A stretch of DNA of 44,462 nucleotides, counting the filler, from Catajapyx aquilonaris (Eukaryota), in assembly GCA_000934665.2 (NCBI GenBank). It is 2 parts of 2 records of this genome, joined end to end, with 100 filler letters (N's around TTAATTAATTAA, not from the genome) between each part and the next. Parts side by side here need not be neighbours in the genome. Positions count along the whole stretch, not along the records: positions 1 to 22,203 come from JYFJ02005908.1; 1 more part is not named here. The stretch is one strand, 5' to 3'. The position numbers and the translations under genes were made by a program. Under the pieces are notes generated by a model, which saw only the letters and a program-made list of their open reading frames with translations, was not told the DNA's origin and searched no databases. Of the stretch, positions 1 through 9,157 are shown piece after piece. Positions within the stretch are counted from its first letter, which is position 1. Every line of letters begins with the position of its first letter.

Positions 1-829
1 TTCCGTGCTGCCTAGCCCATTCTCTAGGTTAATTTAGACGCGTGTTTTCAATAAACTGTAATAATTTTAGGGTTATTAAGTGTGTAATTAAATGCCAATT
101 AATATCGTAATTAAGTCCTTGTTATGCCGTAGGCGGCATGACATTTGCAAAAGTTATGACGTCTTAAAGGGACACTCCACTCAAAATGCAAGTTGGACTC
201 TAAATATCGGGCAAGAAATCCTGATTCCGAGTGTATAAGCAGTTTTTCTGAGAGACGAACGGTAAGGCCAGGGCGAGCCGTCAAAGTTAGGCAATTCGAA
301 TCTGCCGCAAAACAGCAGCGCCTCCCCCGGGACTGGGCAGAAATTGAGATATTCCTGCGCCATCTTGATCCACGCCATGGTCCGCGCCATCTTTGGTCCG
401 TCCCACAGGTTTATCCCGCCACCTCTTGACCCGACCCGACTTTCAGCTCTAAATCACTTTCGCCTAGTGCCCAGTGGCGGCGCTCACGGCGGTGGCGGAC
501 TGGGCTGGCGGGGCAGCTCGCAAGTTTACTAATCGTACCCATAGATGCAGACGGCCGGCCTCCTATTGGCTGACAGTCAACTTTGGGGGCTCCTAGCGCG
601 TAGCCGCTAGCCAGAAACTATTAGTTATTATGGCATTAGGTGACTCAGTAGCAGCTGATGTTATCCGCTATTTCATGATCGAGTGGAACCTTGGGCTGTG
701 TTGGCCGTAAATGACATAATTATGCGATTTAAAATTCACCTCTCGGTTGTTTGCGAAAGTAAAGCAGGGGAGTGAAAAAGAAAGTGATGAAAACAAAGAG
801 AAATGGGTTAAAATGAGGGGAAAAAAGAT

Positions 830-900
830 GACTCGACGGGGTTCGAACCCACGACCCTATGATTTGTAGTCCCTAACCCTAACCACTACACTACGACGCC
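830..900 (-). pseudogene. tRNA-like sequence with A box, B box and T6 terminator, embedded in a MITE
   Basis: Minus strand reads GGCGTCGTAGTGTAGTGGTTAGGG...GTGGGTTCGAACCCCGTCGAGTC, followed by T6 (plus-strand A6 at 821-826). Acceptor and T stems pair partly; D and anticodon stems are degenerate. Confidence 0.6.
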
Positions 901-1003
901 GTTCATGCCTGGACTCGCTTCGAACCGGTCTCTTATATTATCACCAAGAGCAAGAGTGTTAATATTAAGTCCTGGAATATTCATTGTCACTGTTTCGTGT
1001 GGC

Positions 1004-1217
1004 AGGGGGTAGGGGTACGGTGTAGTAACCTAACCTAACCTTCCTTCGTTGCGGATACAGCCCTATCTTCAGCGGATACACGCCTATCTTCAGCGGATAC
1101 ACAGGGGGTTGGGGTACTATGTACTAACCCAACCTAACCCAGCCTAACCTTCCTTCGTTGCGGATACAGCCCTATCTTCAGCGGATACACGCCTATCTTC
1201 AGCAGATACACGCTTAT
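1004..1217. repeat. Two-copy ~100-bp tandem duplication containing TAACC runs and GCGGATACACGCCTATCTTCA subrepeats
   Basis: Direct repeat read from the sequence (~1004-1102 vs ~1103-1217). Confidence 0.75.
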
Positions 1218-2240
1218 ATGCAACCTGCAACCCTATCTTGAACCCTATGCAGCGCATAGCGGATAGCGGAGAAAAGTAATAACTACTGGTTAGCAGCTAG
1301 CAGCTATTGCAATATAACTGTTCCCCCACCCCGCAGTTGCCGGCCAGCCAATAGGAGGCCGGCCGTCTGCATCTACGGGTACGATTAGTAAACTTGCGGG
1401 CAGCTCATTAGCAGACGACGCAAATTCTGCGTCTTTAACGCCTCGTCCTGGCTTTTCTGTTCCGCGTAGAAAAAAAAACGATTGCACCTTCGGAATCAGG
1501 AGTTTTTGCCCGATTTTTAGAGCCCAACTTGCATTTTGAGTGGAGTGTCCCTTTAAAGTTCCAAAAATAATACATTTTCATACTCCATGGGATTACATTA
1601 GCCACATATAATGACATTGAAGTGTGTAATCAGTTTCTAGACCTTTTCTCATTCTTTCAGGGAGCATGTGAATCGATATATCGTAACTTAGGCAACATAT
1701 CGGTTCCAGTATCGGCTTGGGCGATAACATCATGGCGGCCGATGACGCCAAGATGACGCTCATTGCAAACATGTCCAACGTCAATAATAAATTCCACAGC
1801 CCCTGTGGCAGAGAGTCAGGTAAAACCCGGAGTAAATTCCCGAAAAACACGGTCAGGAATACACGGAAACTAACTTCGAAATCCAACGATAACCGGCCCG
1901 TAAAGTAGACTTGTGCGGATAGACGAGTGAACCCGGAAGACCGGAAGTGGTGGGTCACCAGAAGTTGACCATGAAACCTATTTTGGTCACGCTCAATCCG
2001 AATATGAAGACCGTTTGTCGCTATCTCTTACGGTTTAGGCCTTGATACCTGTCAACAGACGGACGGACGGACGCGGACGGCCAGAGCCGTTCTGTATGAC
2101 TTTTTCCGACGAGAAAAGGTCTTGAAAGTGATTACACACTTCAATGTCATTATTATTATGTGGTCGCTAATGTAATCCCATGGAGTATGAAAATGCATTA
2201 TTTTTGGAACTTTAAGACGTCATAACTTTTGCAAATATGG

Positions 2241-2347
2241 GCCTCCGTACGAAATATTTCATTTTTGGGTATCATATATTGTCCTGTATTAGCATGTTAA
2301 ATTTCATCAAGATCCGTCATTATCACCCCGTGACCTTCCCTTGTCAG
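2241..2347. mobile_element. Terminus of a MITE ending ...CCCTTGTCAG|TA; partner end probably outside the window
   Basis: Reverse complement CTGACAAGGGAAGGTCACGGGG resembles the TIR CTTACAAGGGAACGGTCAGGG of the element at 39773-40449. Confidence 0.4.
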
Positions 2348-2349
2348 TA

Positions 2350-2457
2350 ATGAGGCTGCCCAGACATATGACTCCTATACTTAAATCGATCCTCTGGTGG
2401 CTAGGAAGCTAGGAAGGCAGTCATATACGTCGGGGCACTGAGTTCAGATACACCCTG
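2350..2457. mobile_element. Tc1/mariner-type terminus (CACCCTG|TA) inserted into the TATA region of the Gypsy 3' LTR
   Basis: CAGGGTG end beside TA, the same terminal motif as 18224-18911. LTR-to-LTR homology stops exactly at this TA. Confidence 0.55.
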
Positions 2458-2553
2458 TATACAAAAAGGGTGCATCCTGGTTGAGGATTAGCTTGACCTT
2501 GTGGTGTAGACGGACTGGCTGGGAATCCAGGTGCGAATCCGGATGCCACCACA
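2458..2553 (-). repeat. 3' LTR, truncated
   Basis: Matches 7364-7459 with 4 mismatches in 96 nt. Begins TGTGG on the minus strand, just after a G-rich PPT (plus-strand C run at 2559-2569). Confidence 0.9.
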
Positions 2554-2799
2554 TAAATCCCCCCCCCCCAGTGGGTGACCTGAAAGGGGCAGACACGAAG
2601 ACTTGTTGGGGCGGGCTGAGCGTCAGTGCGTCGGGCGGGCAGGGTTCGATGTCGTCTCAGAGGCGGCAGTAGGCACCTGCCGCCGCTGGGCGTCCTCTTC
2701 CGGTGCTGGCTGCTCCTCAATGAAGGCCGATGGAGATGTTTTTCTTCTCTCCCATCTGCACTGTGAAATGCTTGTCGTTCTTCTCTAGGACAAGATACG

Positions 2800-5700
2800 G
2801 CCCGTCGCGTCGCGTCGTAGGGTGGCGAAAGGGGCGTGCGGGTGGCGTCGCGTCGTGTCTTACAAACACGTGTGAGGCAGTAGGTAGCGTCGCCAACCTG
2901 CGGCGATGACGGCTCGAAGAACTCTCCAGGCAGGCGTAGTGTCGTGCCGTACGTCAGCTCGGGACTGCTGGCTTCGAGGTCCTCTTTGTGCGCAGTTCGG
3001 AGGCAGAGAAGAACCAGGGGCATGACGTCGACCCAATACTCCCGGTTCAGATGGGATCGGAGGGATCCCTTCAGGTGACGATGGAATCTTTCCACCATGG
3101 AGTTAGCCTGCGGGTGATACGCTCAGGTGCGCCTTCTTTCTATTCCAAAGAGCCGCAGGAGTTGCCGGTGTAGGGCGGACTCAAATTGGGTACCACGGTC
3201 TGTGGTGATGCAACCGGGAGATCCGAAACGGGTGACCCAAGTTGCTACGAAAGCACGTGCTATGGTCTCCGCTGATATGTCCGGGATTGGTGCTGCCTCC
3301 GGGCATCGCGTAAATCTGTCCACACATGTCAGCAGGTACTTGTTGCCACGTGACGGTGGCATGGGACCCACGATGTCGAGGTGGACGTGGCGAAAGCGGT
3401 CATCGGGGGGTGGGAAAGTGGAGAGAGGGGCACAGCACGGGTGTGCCTGTGGATCTTTGCTATCTGGCAGTTGGAACAGGTGCGGGTCCATCTCTTGATA
3501 TCAACTTGCATGTGGGGCCAGATGTATCGCTCCGAGATGATGCGCTGGGACCTGGGAGGTGCGTATGCCGGGGTGAGCCAGTCTGTGTAGTTTGTCAAAG
3601 TTGGGACGCCGGAACTGAGGGGGTAGGAAGGGGCGGTGGCGGCCTTGGGAAGTGTCACATATGATGGACATGTGGGAGTCAGGAATGGGGACAGGCAGGA
3701 ATGTGCAACCGGTATCTCCACGCAATAATGCCTGCAGCTCTTCGTCTGTCTCTTGCGCTCGGGCGATGTCTTCCTCGGTGCAAGTATCCACTGTTGCCAG
3801 CATGGGCCTGGAGAAAGCATCAGCTAGGGTGTTATCGGCTTCGTGGATGAAACGGAGGTCTGTTGTGAATTCGGATATGAAGGTGCTATGGCGGTATCGG
3901 CGGGGAGAGAGTTTGTCGTTGTGGGCACGAAAAATAAAGGTCAAGGATTTGTGGTCGGTGAGGATGTGGAATGGGCGTCCTTCCAGCAGGTGTCGAAAAT
4001 GCTTGATGGCAGAGTATATGGCCAGCAGCTCTCTGTCGAACGTACTGTATCTCGATTCGGTCGGGGACAGCTTCCGTGAGAAAAATCCGAGAGGGAGCCA
4101 TTCGCCTGCTTGCAGCTGCTGCACGACGGCGCCAATGTGGACGTCTGAGGCGTCGGTCATCAACCTCGTGGAGGCATCGCTGCGGGGGTGTGTGAGGAGA
4201 GTAGCGTCGGCCAACATCTGTTTGATGTCGTGGAATGCCGATGTTGCTTCTGGTGTCCACGTGAGCTTTGAAGAGGTGCTGTTTGCAAGGTCGTGTAAGG
4301 GGTGGAGGATTTTTGCCAGCGGCGGGAAGGAACCGGTTGCAGTATTGAATCATGCAAAGGACACGTTTAAGCTGGGGTTTGGTGGAAGGTGGGGAAATGT
4401 GTATGGCGGAGACTTTGCATGGGAGGGGAAGGATGCCTGCGGGGGAGATGGTATGTCCTAGGAACTGGAACTCTTGTTGGCCGAAGACGCACTTGTCCGG
4501 GTTGATCAGGATATGGTGTTGAGACTGTTGACTGAGTCTCTCGAACAGGATCTCCAGATGCCGACGGTGTGTGTCGTGGTCAGGGTTGGCCACAAGAATA
4601 TCATCAATGTAGGCGTAGGTGAAATCCAGCCCCCGTAGAATCTGATCAATGAATCGCTAAAAGGTCTGTGCAGCATTGCTGAGTCCGAATCCCATCCGGA
4701 GGAATTCAAACAGCCTGAAGGGGGTGATGATAGCTGTTTTCGGTATGTCCTCATCTGCTACTGGGAGGTGGTGGAAGGCGCGGACGAGATCAAAGCGGAA
4801 AAACAGTGGAGCCTGATATGTATGCGGTGAAATCATGAATGTGGGGGATGGGGTAACAGCATTGAGAGCCCTGTAGTCTCCGCAAGGGCGCCAGTTACCG
4901 GTCTTCTTCGGTACCATGTGAAGGTGGGATGCCCACGGGCTGCTAGAGGTCTGACGTAAAACATGTGGTCGAACTCCGCCTTCGCTTGTGCCAGCTTTTC
5001 AGGCGTGGTCTGGCGAATACGGGGAAGTCTCAGTATGATGCTGTACGGAGTTCTGGACAGCACAGTCGCTCTGTGGGGGCGTGATGAGGGTTGGGAAACT
5101 CTGCAGCAGGGAGGAATATGGGTCGGGGTGTCCAACTTGTACACGAGGCCATGGATGGGGAAGGTACGGAGACTCCCTGTACTGGATAAGTTGGCGGTGA
5201 CGTCGATGAGGCGGCGGGCTCGGAGATCAAAGGCCAAGTTGAAATGTTTAACCCCTTCGTCCCCAGATCGGCCCGAACCACACAGTTTTTGGCTTACGCG
5301 TACTCCGAAGATACGGACAAGATATTTTGCAAATAATAACAGCTATACTTACGAGATCTGGGAAAACCCTATGAATGTGTCTGGAACCATTTTACTCGTC
5401 TAGAAGTCCCTAAATTAATTTCCAAAAAAGGGCTATAATAACTCGAAATGGGACTACTGCCGCCCAACTTTTAGGCTGATTTAATTATGAAATGCGTTAA
5501 AATATGCGGAATAACAACCTTGAGAACCATGCCCGACGAATTTGCTGAAATCGTCGTACTTTGCGAGAAATAAATTAATATTTATTTGCGGCTTTCTAGC
5601 ACTTAGGAAAACTCCTAAATGGGTATGAGATGAATTTTCTGAAATCGCTGTACTTCATGAGAAACAAATAAATTTGGGAGTTTTCCGAAGTTTTCCGAGG

Positions 5701-6320
5701 TGCCAAAAAGCCGCAAATAAGTAGCTATTAATTTATTTCTCGCAAAGCACGACGATTTCAGCAAATTCCTCTGGTATGGTTCTCAAGGTTGTTATTCCGC
5801 ATATTTTCACGCATTTCACAATTAAATCAGCCTAAATGTTGGGCGGCAGTAGTCCCACTTCGAGTTATTATAGCCCTTTTTCGGAAATTAATTTAGGGAC
5901 TTCTAGACGAGTAAAATGGTTCCAGACACATTCATAGGGTTTTCCCAGATCTCGTAAGTATAGCTGTTATTATTTGCAAAATATCTTGTCCGTATCTTCG
6001 GAGTACGCGTAAGCCAAAAACTGTGTGGTTCGGGCCGATCTGGGGCCGAAGGGGTTAAGGAAGTCTGCGCCAATGATGGGCTGCTGGATGCCGGCAAATG
6101 TGAAAAGCCATTGAAATGTGCGGGGGAGGCCGAGGGAGATGGAAAGGGAACGTTGGCCGAACGCGGGAATGGCGGTTTTGTTGGCGGCTTCCAGGGTGAT
6201 GGGTTGTCGGTTATTATGATCTGTGGGGGTGGCAGGGAGGATTCTGAGGGCAGCGCCGCGGTGTCGATCAGGAAACGGAGGTGTGTGATGGGGTCAAAGG
6301 ATCAAAGGTGGCAATGAGGA
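2800..6320 (-). pseudogene. pol: Gypsy pol (protease, RT, RNase H, integrase), frameshifted and split by a piggyBac-type MITE
   Basis: Motifs are spread over ORFs 4833-5237, 4657-4917, 3886-4593, 3501-4217, 3329-3820, 3123-3491 and 2421-3098. Ends approximate. Confidence 0.92.
5252..6054. mobile_element. piggyBac-type fold-back MITE
   Basis: TTAA TSD at 5248-5251 and 6055-6058; CCCC...GGGG termini; ~360-bp near-perfect inverted arms. Excision restores pol ...ADFLKHFNLAFDL... Confidence 0.92.
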
Positions 6321-7255
6321 TCACGAGGGCTGGCGGCTCCCTGCATTTCCGTGCGGCCTCCCCGAATTGCGTGTGATACCAGCAGACATCATCCACTGGT
6401 GACTGCGATGGCTGCGGGGTCCGTAGCTGACTGCGAGAGGGCTATCGGTCGGTGCTGGGCTGTCGTCAGGGGTCATCTGTGGCTGGGCGGCGCAGCGGGT
6501 CGACAGCCGACTGATAGAAGCGGTGAGCTCAGACACCTGTTGCCGGAGCTCCTGGATGGCGCCGGATTGATCCGGGGGTGATTTACTCCGGGTTTTATAC
6601 CTGACTCTCTGGCACAGGGGCTGTGGAATTTATTCCTGACGTTGGACATGTTTGCAATGAGCGTCATCGGCCACCATGATGTTATCACCAAGCCGATACT
6701 GGAATAGATCATAAGACTGGAATAGTCATAAGAGGTAGCCGCAACCGATGGGTAGGGCCGGGCAGCATCCACTAACCTGTCTGCTGCCTCAGCCAGCTGA
6801 GCTGTCGACGTTGTTCCGGAAGATCCCGCCAGTATGACCCGAATCTGCTGTGGGAGTCGCTGTAGAAATAGCTGCTTGGCGACAGGGTCATCCCCAGCGG
6901 GTTTCCCCAACAGCTGTTCCATCTTCCTCAGCATTTGGGATGGACGTTGGTCCCCCAAATCCAACTCCTGGAGCAGCTGTTGCAGACGGCGTGATTCCGA
7001 CTGCGTTGTTCGGCTGATGAGTGCGGCCTTGAGGGCCGTGTACTGGTCGGTCTCAGGGGGGCTCAATAAAACATCGCGAACCTCCATCGCGACTTCGGGG
7101 GCCAGGCAGGCCGTGACGTGGTCGAATTTGGTTTTCTGACAGGTCACGGAGAGAGTGGAAAACTGTGCTTCCACTTGTGCAAACCACAGCTCAGGGTCAG
7201 CTGGCCGGAACGGCGGGATCTTGAGCGAGACAACGGCAACCGCGGTAGGCTCCAT
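6321..7255 (-). pseudogene. gag: Gypsy gag, frameshifted by a 150-bp insert
   Basis: ORF 6473-7255 carries Gypsy gag motifs (DPELWFAQVEAQF, LGDQRPSQMLRKM, LFLQRLP). Removing the insert rejoins it to ...SPPDQSGAIQELRQQVSELTAS... Confidence 0.9.
6582..6731. other. 150-bp insertion in gag, homologous in inverted orientation to 1704-1837
   Basis: Shared sequence with a few substitutions and an 11-nt indel. Flanked by GA/GA; ends in duplicated ACTGGAATAG(A)TCATAAG. Confidence 0.85.
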
Positions 7256-7272
7256 GGTGCTGCGTGAGGAAC

Positions 7273-7285
7273 GGTGGGGTCGCCA
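7273..7285 (-). promoter_or_regulatory. Primer binding site of the Gypsy element
   Basis: TGGCGACCCCACC immediately downstream of the 5' LTR on the minus strand. Confidence 0.7.
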
Positions 7286-7286
7286 G

Positions 7287-7459
7287 TTTGGGGTGTAAAA
7301 TGAGTTTCACGGATGAAGGAAGACTGACACTAGTTTATTCTGGGGGTGCTCCTTAAGTCCTTATATACAAAAAGGGTGCATCCTGGTTGAGGATGAGCTT
7401 GACCTTGTGGTCTAGACGGACTGGCTGGGAATCCGGGTGCGAGTCCGGATGCCACCACA
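7287..7459 (-). repeat. 5' LTR (~173 bp) with TATA box and polyA signal
   Basis: Starts TGTGG; contains TATATAA and AATAAA on the minus strand; matches 2458-2553. Confidence 0.9.
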
Positions 7460-7562
7460 GTGGTATTCTACCCCCCTAACAGGGCCCCTGGCCCTAACAC
7501 GGAGTATTACAAAAAAAATACCTATCATGGAGTAGCCATTATTTTAAAATGATTTCGTTTAA

Positions 7563-7714
7563 GGGCGGTTTCACCGAGCTGTCAGTATATTATAAATCCG
7601 AATTTCTTTTCGAAAAATCCTCAGTTTTCATTGTTGACAACAATGGTTGCTATGGCAATTCTGGTTATATCCGAGGTTCTACGTTATACTGACTGAGCTC
7701 GGTGAAACTGGCTC
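7563..7714. mobile_element. Short MITE with PIF/Harbinger-like termini
   Basis: Imperfect TIRs GGGCGGTTTCACCGAGCT..TCAGTATA and TATACTGA..AGCTCGGTGAAACTGGCTC. TSD not clean. Confidence 0.6.
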
Positions 7715-7799
7715 ACAGGTGTCAACATTTTTTAATGTATCTTATCACACTCATGAAGTCCATTAATCAGTGATGGACATAATTCATTTTAAAACGAAA

Positions 7800-7955
7800 T
7801 AAATTCAATTCGAATCCACCAAGAGCTTGCGGCTTGCGGATTGGAATCAATTCATTTCCTTTCGACTTCAATTCTTACAATTCAATTCAATTTCAAGTCG
7901 TTACTTTTCAATTCAATTCAATTTCAAGTCGTTACTTTTCAATTCAATTCAATTT
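7800..7955. repeat. (CAATT)n-rich low-complexity tandem repeat
   Basis: Repeated TTCAATTCAA and two copies of TTTCAAGTCGTTACTTTTCAATTCAA. Confidence 0.75.
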
Positions 7956-8150
7956 CTCACTAATGCACTCAACGATATGGGTTCCCCTGTCTTCTTGTGC
8001 GGTCAAGCCTACGTGGCTCTTTCCAGAGTTAAAGTATCAATGGAGTGCATCTCATCAATGCCTCCTTTACTAACATCAAGGCTCAAGAGTCAGCTATTCT
8101 GGAGTACGATAGATTGAGATCTATTTGCCGACCAGACTTATCCATACTCA
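7956..8150 (+). pseudogene. Helitron/Helentron PIF1-helicase C-terminal relic
   Basis: DMGSPVFLCGQAYVALSRVK, then a frameshift to GVHLINASFTNIKAQESAILEYDRLRSICRPDL. GQxYVALSR is PIF1 motif VI. Confidence 0.8.
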
Positions 8151-9064
8151 AAAGGGCTAATAAGGCATCGACAGACGTGGTTAAGGCCACGCAGTCAGGA
8201 GAACTTGGCCTTTTTTTACAGAAAGGTTTTTGGTGGGATTTGTGTTTTCCTCAGTAACCCTGCAGGTATCAGTTCCTGATTTTTCTCAATAAAGGTGGAA
8301 GTGGACACCCCATTATGATTCTTATTGTGACAAAATAGCCCCCTACCCTGTGACGAAACACAGCCCCTTGGTACAAAAATAATATACCAGCGGTATTTCT
8401 GTAAAATATTTAAATAATTATTATTTTTACAAGTACCGCACGTTTTCAGAGGACCAAAAAAATGTAAATAACGTACACAATAACTTCACTTTTCAACCCT
8501 ACCTTGTAGTGTAGTACTGTAGTATGGAGAGACATTTCATCATTTTTCAAACTGGTGATGATGCTGAAAATAAACAACCCCACGCAGATCTGCAAGAATA
8601 GTGTGACACATCCTCATTTTCCCGCCTCTCTAATGTACTCCTATAACCACTCATAAATTAATCTATTAGTTAGGGGCTTGATGAGTTTATTATTGGGTGG
8701 CTGAGAAAACGTTTACCCACTGCGACTTTTTATGATGTGCGTAATTTTTGTTCAGATTTTATCACTTCTTTGGTAGCATATTGCATTTCTAATTTGTGGT
8801 TGATGTGAAACCATGTTTATATTAGTTTATGTTGTATTTCAGCTATAACACTGTATGAGCTATACGTTGGGAATAACAAAGGGCAAATAGAAATCAGGGC
8901 CATCACATTATTTTTATTTTTAAAAGGTAGGGTCTCTACTGCTTTTGTACTGAGGCAAGGTTTTTAAGGGGGGATCTGATTATGGCATTGTGAAATATAC
9001 ACTTTCTCACGTTTATTATCGGAAATTTCAGAGAAATGCGAAAATGAAGCTATGTGGTCCACAG

Positions 9065-9157
9065 GTGAATCTAAGTGAAGTGCAGCTTCTACGTCTGGAT
9101 TTGAAAGCAGAAGGCATTAGTGAAATCAGGAGTACCGTTGATGTTGAGGTTCGGCAG
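9065..9157 (+). CDS. DYNC2I1: WDR60-like exon VNLSEVQLLRLDLKAEGISEIRSTVDVEVRQ; may start at 9032
   Basis: cag|GTG...CAG|gtcagt, phase 0/0. Alternative in-frame acceptor at 9031/9032. Confidence 0.55.

Larger units (their letters stand above)
511..1406. repeat. Internal inverted repeat pair inside the MITE
   Basis: CAAGTTTACTAATCGTACCCATAGATGCAGACGGCCGGCCTCCTATTGGCTG (~521-572) is nearly the reverse complement of ~1345-1396, with weaker extension to ~630/1277. No TSD seen. Confidence 0.7.
168..1552. mobile_element. TTAA-targeting MITE with AGG...CCT ends (Kolobok/T2-like)
   Basis: TIR AGGGACACTCCACTCAAAATGCAAGTTGG at 168 with its reverse complement ending at 1552. TTAA TSD at 164-167 and 1553-1556. 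The empty site is visible in the inverted host arm at ~2190-2237. Confidence 0.85.
119..2237 (-). mobile_element. Non-autonomous Helentron-associated (HINE/DINE-1-like) element, interrupted by a MITE; boundaries approximate
   Basis: Subterminal inverted repeat: 143-167 plus 1557-1660 pairs with 2111-2237. A stem-loop TGTTATGCCG-TAGG-CGGCATGACA (~120-143) abuts one arm, and an ACAGACGGACGGACGG microsatellite lies at ~2055-2075. This layout matches the DINE-1/HINE architecture; the classification is inference. Confidence 0.5.
2458..7459 (-). mobile_element. Degenerate Ty3/Gypsy LTR retrotransposon (gag, PR-RT-RH-IN)
   Basis: Two LTRs, a PBS and a PPT. Gag motif IPPFRPADPELWFAQVEAQF; protease FLIDT; RT WRPCGDYRALN and YAYIDDILV; RNase H TDASD...YSTFDRELLAIY...TDHK; integrase HxxAHPG/CxxC, HVHLDIVGP, TTDRGTQF, MVERFHR. 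Many frameshifts. Confidence 0.96.

Noticed and set aside
3652..4461. 269-aa plus-strand ORF
   Set aside because: Antisense shadow of GC-rich Gypsy pol with no independent motifs.
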